From the NCBI GenBank assembly GCA_043756865.1, contig JAYUQG010000024.1, positions 91,259 through 155,258 on the forward strand: a stretch of 64,000 bases of DNA, in the 5' to 3' direction. The notes beneath the pieces were generated by a model. The model was not told where the DNA came from, did no database searches, and worked only from the letters and a program-made list of their open reading frames with translations. A program made the translations under genes and the position numbers. Of this stretch, positions 21,247 through 30,150 are shown one piece after another (the stretch's first letter is position 1; each line of letters starts with the position of its first letter). The DNA comes from a bacterium (lineage in GTDB: Bacteria; Patescibacteriota; Minisyncoccia; Phycocordibacterales; UBA6899).

Positions 21247-22158
21247 ATGAAGCACGTGGAAATGCTCAATCGATATTTTGATCCGCTCTCCGTACGAGCA
21301 AGCATCATCCATGAAAATTGGAGCCAAACGCCTTCTCGGAGTTTCGCTCATTTGGTTCGCCGCATTCAAAATGGGTTTGCGCGCATCCTTGATGACGAGT
21401 CACAGCATGCACCGTTTTTGATTTCTGAAGCACTTTACGAGCGCGACGAGAATGGCGAGGAATACGAGGTCGGTCTACTACCTAAGCGCACCGGGGGAGT
21501 GAAGCGTGTACTCACACCCACTGAGGCAATCGAAGGCCGTAAGTCATACGACACAAATAAATGGCGCTTCCATTATGGCGATGACTTGTTACCCCATCTC
21601 GCGGGTCAGACAGAGGTGCTGCGCGCACATCGCGATTTTCTTTCGGCATGCCGCATTATGAACAATCGTGGTGCATATCTCGCCACGCAGCTTGCTCGTG
21701 CATTTGACCAGTGTGGGTACCCTGGTAATCTGGAAGCGAAGTTTGCAAAAGGAAAAGCATTCACGCGTGTGTTGCGCTATGAGCAACCGCAAGGAAATGC
21801 TCCAGACGCGGGACTCCACCGCGACCGGTCTGCACTGACTTTTCACTGGTACTCCTCACACTCGGGACTCGTACTGTTTAACCAGGCGGGCAATCCGATG
21901 CAAGGAAACGAGACCGACCCCCGTGCAGTCATGACGTTTCCGGGAACTAAATTCTGGGCAATGACTCGAGGGAGGTATGGCAAAGGAACCATTCATGGTG
22001 TGCGCGACAACCGTCGTGATTTGCAAGCTGCGACAACAAATCAGGCGCGCTACGCAATTGTGACCTTTGTGCACTCAATGCTCGACCCCGACGACGTATT
22101 GTTTATGCGCGAACACCTACCTGAACTCCGCATCGACCAAGGTGCATACCGTATCTAA
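21247..22158 (+). CDS. 2OG-Fe(II) oxygenase superfamily-like protein (isopenicillin N synthase-like fold)
   Basis: LHRDRSALTFHW (HxD) .. GLVLF .. KGTIHGVRD..RYAIVTF, consistent with an HxD...H...RxS facial triad. Confidence 0.45.
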   Translation: MKHVEMLNRYFDPLSVRASIIHENWSQTPSRSFAHLVRRIQNGFARILDDESQHAPFLISEALYERDENGEEYEVGLLPKRTGGVKRVLTPTEAIEGRKSYDTNKWRFHYGDDLLPHLAGQTEVLRAHRDFLSACRIMNNRGAYLATQLARAFDQCGYPGNLEAKFAKGKAFTRVLRYEQPQGNAPDAGLHRDRSALTFHWYSSHSGLVLFNQAGNPMQGNETDPRAVMTFPGTKFWAMTRGRYGKGTIHGVRDNRRDLQAATTNQARYAIVTFVHSMLDPDDVLFMREHLPELRIDQGAYRI

Positions 22159-22200
22159 CACCCCGCCGTGGGGTGTTTTCTCTTGGTGAGCAATAGAACT
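22159..22200 (+). terminator. Rho-independent terminator
   Basis: aacaccccgccgtggggtgttttctc. Confidence 0.65.
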
Positions 22201-22260
22201 ACACATATCCCATTGGAGATTCTTTTCCTTCGTGTGTGAAAAAGCTATACTAGAGCAACG

Positions 22261-22938
22261 ATGATTTATTTCGATAATGTCACCAAGCTGTACTCCGACC
22301 ACGCAGCACTTTCCGATGTGACGTTTGGAATTCAAACGGGGGAGTTCGTCTCTATCGTGGGGCATTCTGGCGCCGGCAAGACTACTATGCTTCGTCTGCT
22401 GATGGTGGAAGACAAGCCGACAAGTGGGGCGATTTTTTTTGAATCTACAAATGTGCACCGTATCAAGTCTTCCAGCGTGCCAGAGTATCGACGCAGAATT
22501 GGGACGGTTTTTCAGGATTTCCGCTTGCTTCCAAATAAGACCGCTTATGAAAACATCGCCTTTGCCATGGAAGCTGCGGGACGCCCCGACGAGGAGATTC
22601 ACTCCGATGTTCCTCAAGTACTCGAACTTGTCGACTTATCATCGAAGGCACTGCATTTTCCTCACGAACTTTCAGGCGGTGAAAAACAGCGCGTCGCTAT
22701 CGCGCGCGCGATCATAAGCCAGCCTGATGTGTTGATAGCTGACGAGCCGACAGGAAACCTTGATCCCGTGAATACATACGACATCATCCAGATACTCAAA
22801 AAGATAAACGACATGGGAACGACGATTATTTTGACGACACACAATAAGGGCATTATTGATGCATTGAAACGACGGGTGATTACGATGGAGCATGGAAAGA
22901 TTATCCGTGACGACCAGCACGGCAAGTATATTCTCTAG
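22261..22938 (+). CDS. ftsE: Cell division ATP-binding protein FtsE (ABC ATPase)
   Basis: Walker [13 protein letters not shown] signature [14 protein letters not shown], Walker [13 protein letters not shown]. 225 aa. Confidence 0.9.
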   Translation: MIYFDNVTKLYSDHAALSDVTFGIQTGEFVSIVGHSGAGKTTMLRLLMVEDKPTSGAIFFESTNVHRIKSSSVPEYRRRIGTVFQDFRLLPNKTAYENIAFAMEAAGRPDEEIHSDVPQVLELVDLSSKALHFPHELSGGEKQRVAIARAIISQPDVLIADEPTGNLDPVNTYDIIQILKKINDMGTTIILTTHNKGIIDALKRRVITMEHGKIIRDDQHGKYIL

Positions 22939-22976
22939 TATTTGGGCGCACTACTCGCCCTTCCTTTGGCAAATTT

Positions 22977-23036
22977 GGAGGACGTATCACTCATACGCCC
23001 TCGCAAATATTGCCGCAGTCCAGGACTTCGTACTGC
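22977..23036. repeat. 54-nt intergenic repeat, copy C
   Basis: ggaggacgtatcactcatacgccctcgcaaatattgccgcagtccaggacttcgtactgc matches copy B at 784-839. Confidence 0.6.
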
Positions 23037-23221
23037 GACCAATTTTTATTAGCGGTATCCGCCTTAGAAAAATGAAGTACTCTTGTGGTGCATCCCAAAT
23101 ATTAGAGAATACACGAGTTCTTGCGCCTCGTAATGCGCTGAGAATATTAGAGAATATGCGTGACCGTGATTTTGGTGTGCTATATTTTGGATACATGGAA
23201 CAAGAAAACAGAGTCCAACAC

Positions 23222-24394
23222 ATGAAGCAAAACGGCTCAAATATTTTCCTTGGAATTGTAGCGATACTCACGGGGGTATTCGCATTGCTTGTTGGTTTCG
23301 GCCTCATTCAAACTGACGGGAATGACAATGATGTTCCTCTCGGGATTGCGCGCATTACAGGAGGGATCTTTTTTGTTGCAGGAGTGATGGCGCTTGGAAT
23401 AGGAAAGTTTCCCCCACGTTTATACAACATACTGGGTGCAGTCCTCATGACCCTTTTTTCTTTTATAGCGGGATGGGTGGCATTCGGACCCGGCAACAGA
23501 GTGTTTGGTGGTGCTGGACCAATGTTGGGACGCATGGTTTTTGGATTTTCGGCATTTATTTGTGTTTATATGGCTATAGTGGCATGGAAGCGAGTTTTTA
23601 TGAGCGAAGTAAATGAGGGGAATAAAACCATAGTTATTGATAAGCCTAAAGGATTTTTTACTCTGTTTTTATTTTTATTTCCGTTTATGGTTTGGCCTTT
23701 TGTTGTGTTTTTCTTTGTTCAATCTGACGGGTCGTGGAAGTTCCCCACACTTGATGTCCTGCCGACAACCTCGTCGACAATGCAGCAACATGAAGAATTA
23801 TTAAACCGACAAGGATTCACCCTCCACACTGCGGAAAAGAATGGTACACATATATTCGACGGTGCCATTATTGTCGCGTTTGACAAACAAACAGGGGCGA
23901 TCGTGGGCGAAGCGATTATCGACATGGATGGTAATGCACAATTTATCCTACCGTACGGACATTATGAGTTTCGTCCGCATCCTCTTAAGGAAGATAAAGT
24001 TGTTGGCAGTCTTGATTTTGATATGTTTGCCACAAAACTACAACCAACCATACTGTATCTTTCCGAGATAGGCCCACATGGGTTCGGAACACCACTAAAG
24101 AGTTGCGAAGAAAAAAAGGATGTTCTTGCTGTGGCTGTCGAAAATAAGAATTACTGCGATGATGATGGGGACTGTAAATTTCTGAATACTTATTTTGGCT
24201 GCCCGTATCTTGTAAACAGACATGCTGATCTTGAGATATTTAAGGATCGTGATGAAGATGTTTTAAAATCTTGTCCGACTATTGTGGATATGTTGTGTCC
24301 TCTTTCTTCTCAAAATCTGAGGTGTGAGAAACATTCTTGTGTTTCAGGTTCTCGGGGAAATGGGGAAAGTCAAACAATTGACAATGCTATATAA
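23222..24394 (+). CDS. Hypothetical multi-pass membrane protein with a Cys-rich C-terminal domain (AT-rich gene)
   Basis: Start taken at MKQNGSNIFLGIVAIL, after the repeat. Four to five TM helices, then a domain with eight or more Cys. Noticeably AT-rich. Inserted between ftsE and ftsX. Confidence 0.5.
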   Translation: MKQNGSNIFLGIVAILTGVFALLVGFGLIQTDGNDNDVPLGIARITGGIFFVAGVMALGIGKFPPRLYNILGAVLMTLFSFIAGWVAFGPGNRVFGGAGPMLGRMVFGFSAFICVYMAIVAWKRVFMSEVNEGNKTIVIDKPKGFFTLFLFLFPFMVWPFVVFFFVQSDGSWKFPTLDVLPTTSSTMQQHEELLNRQGFTLHTAEKNGTHIFDGAIIVAFDKQTGAIVGEAIIDMDGNAQFILPYGHYEFRPHPLKEDKVVGSLDFDMFATKLQPTILYLSEIGPHGFGTPLKSCEEKKDVLAVAVENKNYCDDDGDCKFLNTYFGCPYLVNRHADLEIFKDRDEDVLKSCPTIVDMLCPLSSQNLRCEKHSCVSGSRGNGESQTIDNAI

Positions 24395-24406
24395 AAGTGA
24401 TATAAT
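24378..24406 (+). promoter_or_regulatory. Consensus sigma70-type promoter (TTGACA, 17-nt spacer with TG, TATAAT)
   Basis: ttgaca at 24378-24383, a 17-nt spacer ending in tg, then tataat at 24401-24406. Sits about 65 nt upstream of the 24474 ORF. Confidence 0.6.
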
Positions 24407-24473
24407 ATATATGGCACAGTGAATTCTAGTTACGTCCTGTACGTTGGTATTGTCATTCCACTAGGAGAGACAC

Positions 24474-24776
24474 ATGTTGGAAACCGTTCCCGTCCCGTTG
24501 GTCCGCTTCGACCTGAAATCGGAATCCCCATTCGACCTCACCGAGGCTATCTCGGTGACGGAGTGGAAGGGCTTCGCCGTCGGTATGACCGTGGACGTCA
24601 ACATTGCGCGCGGTACGGCACTCGGCGAGATTCACACGATTTGGCTCGGCGCCAAGTCGCACAACGACGCACACGTGGTCGCTTTCGAAGTTCACGTCGA
24701 CAACATACAGCATTACCTCACCCAGCGCGGCGTGCATCACGTCGTCGTCGATGACCTCGCACACCGCCTTCACTGA
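24474..24776 (+). CDS. Small hypothetical protein (GC-rich gene of likely foreign origin)
   Basis: RBS aggagag 6 nt upstream. 100-aa protein-like sequence. Local GC is about 60%, against a flanking AT-rich gene. Followed by a terminator. The overlapping Arg-rich ORF 24419..24754 is rejected. Confidence 0.55.
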   Translation: MLETVPVPLVRFDLKSESPFDLTEAISVTEWKGFAVGMTVDVNIARGTALGEIHTIWLGAKSHNDAHVVAFEVHVDNIQHYLTQRGVHHVVVDDLAHRLH

Positions 24777-24795
24777 CTCCCTTCGAGGAGTCAAC

Positions 24796-24829
24796 ACACC
24801 GTAGCTATTGCTACGGTGTACTTTTTTCT
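24796..24829 (+). terminator. Rho-independent terminator
   Basis: acaccgtagctattgctacggtgtactttttt. Confidence 0.75.
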
Positions 24830-25251
24830 AACAGGCTTTTAAGAAAAACATCCGCGCGCTGCGGATGTCGATATTAGGAGTTCGGACCTTGTGGGCGCTT
24901 GAGTGCTATCCACCGGACGCGGTGGGTGATGTCAGTTCGAGCGGGGCCTTCTGCGTAGAACCTGCTATTTCGGGCACCGTAAACGGCCATGACTGCATGC
25001 GCGTCACCTGTACATTTCACCATGAGAAATGCGGGAATGACACTTGGTGCTTGTTCCGGCCACTTGAGCCATTCGATTACTTCGCCAATCATATGCACCT
25101 CTGTGAGAACGCTCGTATGACCATAACACACGAACTTTTAAAGACAAGTATGTGCGTAACTAGGCGTGAATTACTGAATTTCACTAATAATATCTAACGT
25201 CTTTCTATCCCCATTTCGCATTCTCTGCATATCATGGGAAAATAAAGGCTT

Positions 25252-26181
25252 ATGGGAGTTTTCACGAGTACACGCAGGATTATTAAGGCTGGCTTCATTA
25301 ATTTTTGGAGAAATGCGGTGGTTTCGCTTTCTGCGATTTTTGTAATGACCGTCGCACTCTTTGTCGTTGGGGCAACTATCTTGTCTTCAGCGTTTCTCGA
25401 CTCGGCTCTGCGGGAAATCAAAAGCAAGGTTGATATCAACGTCTATTTCAATCCTGACGCTGAGGAATCAGACATCTTCGTGATGAAACGCTCGCTAGAA
25501 GACCTGCCCGAAGTTGCGGCTGTTGAGTATATCGCACGTGAAACCGCTATCGAGAATTTCAAGCAGCGTCATGAGAACGACTATCTCATGAAACAGGCGC
25601 TCGACGAGCTCATTGATAATCCGCTCGGTGCAATTTTGAACATCAAAGCGAAAGACACTTCACAGTACGAGGCTATCGCCAAGCACATTAGGGCAGAACA
25701 AGAAGACGCAGGTCCAAGTGGGAACCTTATCTACAACGTCAACTACGGCAAAAACAAAATTGTTATCGACAAACTGACCGCTATCACAAGGGGTGTCGAG
25801 CGTGTCTCCTTGGCGGTACTCCTACTCCTTATTGTCATTGCTATTGTGATTACGTTTAACACTATTCGCCTCGCTATTTATGTATCGCGCGAAGAAATTG
25901 CAATCATGAGACTCGTTGGTGCGAACAACATGTTTGTCCGAGGGCCATTTGTTGTTGAGGGAATCATGTATGGCATGGTTTCCGCAATTGTGGCCACTGC
26001 GCTCTTCTATCCTGTTACGGTGTGGTTGCGCGATTCCACTGAGAATTTCTACGGAGGGATAGACCTCTTTGTCTACTACATTACAAACTTCAATCAAATA
26101 TTTCTCGTACTGCTTTTTAGTGGAATGTTCCTTGGAGCGGTGTCAGCATTTCTGGCGGTCAGAAGGTATTTAAAAGTATAA
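25252..26181 (+). CDS. ftsX: Cell division permease-like protein FtsX
   Basis: N-terminal TM, large periplasmic loop and C-terminal three-TM FtsX-family region. Partner of ftsE but separated from it by 2.3 kb. Confidence 0.8.
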   Translation: MGVFTSTRRIIKAGFINFWRNAVVSLSAIFVMTVALFVVGATILSSAFLDSALREIKSKVDINVYFNPDAEESDIFVMKRSLEDLPEVAAVEYIARETAIENFKQRHENDYLMKQALDELIDNPLGAILNIKAKDTSQYEAIAKHIRAEQEDAGPSGNLIYNVNYGKNKIVIDKLTAITRGVERVSLAVLLLLIVIAIVITFNTIRLAIYVSREEIAIMRLVGANNMFVRGPFVVEGIMYGMVSAIVATALFYPVTVWLRDSTENFYGGIDLFVYYITNFNQIFLVLLFSGMFLGAVSAFLAVRRYLKV

Positions 26182-26284
26182 ACACGATTCATGAGTGAAT
26201 GCACACCACAACAAGAAAGTGAGACCCCCTCACTTCTCGTCTCCGAGTTTCGTTTTATACAGCAAGTAATAACACATAAACAGT

Positions 26285-27931
26285 ATGGCAAAAAATCATA
26301 AATACATCTTTGTTGTGGGTGGTGTGATGAGCGGGGTGGGGAAGGGTGTGGCCACTTCATCTATCGCGCTTTTGTTGCAATCACGCGGGTTCAAAATTTC
26401 GCCAATTAAAATTGACCCGTATCTAAACGTGGACGCGGGCACGATGAATCCAACCGAGCACGGTGAGGTGTTTGTATTAAATTCCGGGCTTGAGACTGAC
26501 CAAGACATGGGCTCGTACGAGCGCTTTCTCGGAAGGGACCTGAATACTGAGAACTATATGACGGGAGGATTGGTGTATAAGACCGTGATTGACCGTGAGC
26601 GTGCACTTGGCTATGGCGGAAAATGTGTCGAGCCTGTGCCACATATTCCTGAGGAAGTTATTCGTCGCATTAAAGCGGCAGGAGAGAAAGATAAGTCCGA
26701 TATCACCATTGTGGAAATCGGAGGGACACTCGGCGAGTACCAGAGCGTCATGTTTATCGAAGCGGCACGTACGCTTCATCTCGATAATCCCGATGACGTC
26801 CTCTTTGTACTCGTCTCCTATCTTCCTGTTCCGGGAAAGTTGGGTGAAATGAAGACGAAACCCACACAGTATGCGGTACGCACGATGAATTCGTACGGTG
26901 TGCAGCCTGATATTATCATTGCACGCGGTGAGGTTGCACTCGACCAAAAGCGCAAAGAGAAGATTGCCGCATCTTCGGGTATGCGGGTGGAGCAGGTTAT
27001 TGCTGCCCCTGACGTGGACAGTGTCTATGACGTACCGCTGAACTTCGAAGACGACTACATGGCGGACATTGTCATGAAGATTTTGAAACTCAAAGCGAAG
27101 CGCCCCGTCAATCTTCTGCCATGGAAAGGTTTTGTCCGTAAGGTGAACAACGCAAAGGGTGAAGTCCGTATTGGTATGGTGGGAAAGTATTTTGCAACGG
27201 GAGATTTCGTACTTGCCGACTCTTACCTTTCCGTTATCGAGGCACTGAAATACGCCGCATACCATGCAGGGAAGAAACCCGTGATTGATTGGATTGCCGC
27301 CACGGACTTTGAGGGTAGCGGGGCATCAAAAAATCTTGCGAAGCTCGCAAAGTATGACGGCATTGTCATTCCGGGAGGATTTGGGTCACGCGGTGTGGAG
27401 GGAAAGCTTAAAGTTATAGCATATGCACGCACGCACAAAATTCCGTATTTCGGACTGTGCTATGGCATGCAGCTTATGGTCGTCGAATACGCACGCAATG
27501 TGCTTGGCCTCAAGGGCGCAATCACTACCGAAATTGACCCGAAGACAAAGTATCCTGTAATAGACGTGATGCCCGACCAAAAAGCAAAGCTTGCAGAGGG
27601 GGATTATGGAGGATCTATGCGCCTCGGCACATACCCTGCATATCTGAAGGAAAAGACAGTTGCGCGATTGGCATATAAATCCGAAATGGTGCACGAGCGT
27701 CACCGCCATCGCTATGAGGTGAACCCTGAGTATGTGTCGCAGCTTGAAGCGGCAGGACTCGTCTTTTCAGGCATATCGCCCGATCGTGCACTTATGGAAA
27801 TTGCGGAACTTCCAAAATCAAAGCACCCCTTCTTTTTGGGAACGCAGTTTCACCCCGAGTTTACGGCCCGCCCACTTACCTCGCACCCACTTTTCGACGC
27901 GTTCATCAAGGCAGCGGCAAAAAGAAAGTAG
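26285..27931 (+). CDS. pyrG: CTP synthase
   Basis: N-terminal synthetase motif GGVMSGVGKGVATSSIALLL. C-terminal class I glutamine amidotransferase domain (GLCYGMQ, H..E). 548 aa. Confidence 0.95.
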   Translation: MAKNHKYIFVVGGVMSGVGKGVATSSIALLLQSRGFKISPIKIDPYLNVDAGTMNPTEHGEVFVLNSGLETDQDMGSYERFLGRDLNTENYMTGGLVYKTVIDRERALGYGGKCVEPVPHIPEEVIRRIKAAGEKDKSDITIVEIGGTLGEYQSVMFIEAARTLHLDNPDDVLFVLVSYLPVPGKLGEMKTKPTQYAVRTMNSYGVQPDIIIARGEVALDQKRKEKIAASSGMRVEQVIAAPDVDSVYDVPLNFEDDYMADIVMKILKLKAKRPVNLLPWKGFVRKVNNAKGEVRIGMVGKYFATGDFVLADSYLSVIEALKYAAYHAGKKPVIDWIAATDFEGSGASKNLAKLAKYDGIVIPGGFGSRGVEGKLKVIAYARTHKIPYFGLCYGMQLMVVEYARNVLGLKGAITTEIDPKTKYPVIDVMPDQKAKLAEGDYGGSMRLGTYPAYLKEKTVARLAYKSEMVHERHRHRYEVNPEYVSQLEAAGLVFSGISPDRALMEIAELPKSKHPFFLGTQFHPEFTARPLTSHPLFDAFIKAAAKRK

Positions 27932-28190
27932 CACCCCCTTATGTATCTCTCGCTCCTTCTGCTCCTGCTTGCAAAAGTTCCCTACACTTAACCCCAGATT
28001 CCGTTGGGAATTTATGTGGTAGTAAAGTTCCTTGTGCTCGTAGCCTTCGGGGCTGGAATTGGGCGCTTCTTTGTTTTTTGCCGCGTTTGCGCATTTTATC
28101 GCGCTTCGGCGCCTCGATAACTCTGCCTATGCGTGGTTTGCGGTAGCGGTGATTGGAGCGCTCCTTGTGTCGATGTTATAATAGGGGCAT

Positions 28191-28619
28191 ATGAATTTTG
28201 CGCGTTTGCCATTCTCATTCTGGGTTGTCTTCCTCGTCGCTGATATCGGGCTTCTCTTTACGCTACTTCTCTCCATTTCATACATTACCGACCTCAAATT
28301 TATTCAAGAGCCCGTGAGGTTCTTGCTCGGGCTCCCAATATACTATTTTGAGTTTCTCCTATTTCTTGTCATCGATGTTGTTTCCGTCTTTGTGCTGACG
28401 CGCGATTATGACATCTATCGTGTGCACATGATCACTGGCGCAATGAGCACCCTTGGAATTCTGCTTTCGGGTGTGTACTCAGCACTTGAAATGACCACCC
28501 TCATGCAACAGGGTGTTGGCGCATACACACTGCTGGCACCCACAAGTGTGTTCTCACTCGTATTGTTTATGATTGCGCTCGTGGCGGCCGCGCTGTCACT
28601 GTCGAGTCGACCTGAGTAG
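28191..28619 (+). CDS. Hypothetical membrane protein
   Basis: 142 aa with four predicted TM helices. Confidence 0.45.
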   Translation: MNFARLPFSFWVVFLVADIGLLFTLLLSISYITDLKFIQEPVRFLLGLPIYYFEFLLFLVIDVVSVFVLTRDYDIYRVHMITGAMSTLGILLSGVYSALEMTTLMQQGVGAYTLLAPTSVFSLVLFMIALVAAALSLSSRPE

Positions 28620-29208
28620 TGGTGCTTCGCTTCCCTAGAATTAGGGTCACCGAGATTAGTACATTAATCACAAGCAAGTATGCAGGGATCAACATGTCGG
28701 GGAGTGCATAGGCGGGTATCGCATATAATGCAAGTGAGTTTGCAATTACAGATAATGCATAGGTTAAGAATGTTTCTTCGCTCGGCCTTCTCCATGCATG
28801 AAGAACGGTGGGTATTGCGCCAATGGCGTCCGTGACTACGAAGCCGATTATCGCTGCAGTGGGGTTGTCGGTGAGCCACCATGCCAATAGACCAAGTAAC
28901 GCACCTGCTTGGCAAAATGCGTCGAAACGCGTGTATGTGTAATGCCCTTTCCCAAGTGAAAATAGCACGATGACAAAACTTTCTATCGTAAGCGCCATGG
29001 CCAAAATAGCCGATGCATAGGCGCCCTCTATAAACGCCGCAATTGATGCAATTCCCGCAAGCACCATCCATGTCATCCAGCTCACTATCGCGGGCTTAGT
29101 CGTTCCACGACGAATATCACGAATGTACGGAAGAGCTGTACTTGCTTCAAGGATTCCGGCCAGAATAAGGAGTGGCAGCATTTTTCGATAATAACACATG
29201 AACCCCAT
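28567..29208 (-). CDS. Hypothetical multi-pass membrane protein
   Basis: About 213 aa from an internal ATG, chosen to avoid overlapping the divergent gene at 29244. Six or more TM helices. Its 3' end overlaps the convergent ORF by 52 nt. Confidence 0.45.
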   Translation of the reverse strand: MGFMCYYRKMLPLLILAGILEASTALPYIRDIRRGTTKPAIVSWMTWMVLAGIASIAAFIEGAYASAILAMALTIESFVIVLFSLGKGHYTYTRFDAFCQAGALLGLLAWWLTDNPTAAIIGFVVTDAIGAIPTVLHAWRRPSEETFLTYALSVIANSLALYAIPAYALPDMLIPAYLLVINVLISVTLILGKRSTTTQVDSTVTARPPRAQS

Positions 29209-29243
29209 GGAATGGTTGAGTCGTCTGCATATGTTGCTATACT

Positions 29244-30059
29244 GTGATGTATATGAAAAATAACACAATATTGAGCATCGGAGTGGGTGTTGTTGCACTC
29301 GTTTTTACTCCAGCGGGACTTATTACTGCAGAAACTACAGGTGCGGGAGTACAGAGTAAGCCGCAGCCGCTCCTTTATATGGAGGCAGGTGGTGAGGCGG
29401 GAGGAGAAGGGGGTATTATCATGGAAGACCGGGTGAAAATGGAAGGAACTACCATGACAAAAGAAGAGATGGAAAATGCTCGTCCCATGGAAAAAAATAT
29501 TGATGCAATCAAAAACGAAATAGACACGGACGATGATACTGACGAGGATCTTTTTGATATCGAGATAGATATTGATGTGGACGCACTCATGAATGATAAG
29601 AATGAGTCAAGTCATACTCATGAAGGTAAGAGTGATATAGATGAGGCAGATGATGTTGACTCTGCGGCTGATTTCGAACATTTCGTCTCTTTTAAAGTGA
29701 AGGCAGATGATCGCATCAAAGATGTTGATATTAAGGACGGAAATCTCGTTGTCACCTACGCTCTCCCTGTTAAATTCTTTGGATTTTGGAAAACATCGTT
29801 GAACACTACAGCGGAGGTGGATAGTGCGGGCACTGTGGAAGTCCGATACCCCTGGTATGCGATATTCATGAGAAAAGAGTTTTCGAAGAAAACACTCGAG
29901 CCAATATTCACCGCATCGCTTGAAGCAGAGCAGGGCGGAAGTGCAAAGGCCTATGTCGTACCCCATGTTTTTGATACTGTTGTAAAAACTTTTAGCGAAG
30001 TTTCTTCCAGTGAGTTGTCTTACTCCGCGAAAACAGGAAAAACGGGAAAGACGAAGTAG
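29244..30059 (+). CDS. Secreted acidic hypothetical protein
   Basis: Signal peptide, then a highly acidic D/E-rich stretch (DTDDDTDEDLFDIEIDIDVD). Confidence 0.5.
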   Translation: MMYMKNNTILSIGVGVVALVFTPAGLITAETTGAGVQSKPQPLLYMEAGGEAGGEGGIIMEDRVKMEGTTMTKEEMENARPMEKNIDAIKNEIDTDDDTDEDLFDIEIDIDVDALMNDKNESSHTHEGKSDIDEADDVDSAADFEHFVSFKVKADDRIKDVDIKDGNLVVTYALPVKFFGFWKTSLNTTAEVDSAGTVEVRYPWYAIFMRKEFSKKTLEPIFTASLEAEQGGSAKAYVVPHVFDTVVKTFSEVSSSELSYSAKTGKTGKTK

Positions 30060-30062
30060 CGT

Positions 30063-30092
30063 TAAAAAAGACCCCGATTGGGGTCTTTTTGC
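30063..30092 (+). terminator. Rho-independent terminator
   Basis: aaaaaagaccccgattggggtctttttgc. Confidence 0.75.
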
Positions 30093-30150
30093 TATCCCTT
30101 GATGTATCACCGTAAACCCGTTACGCTACAGCTACTCATTTGTATAACGT

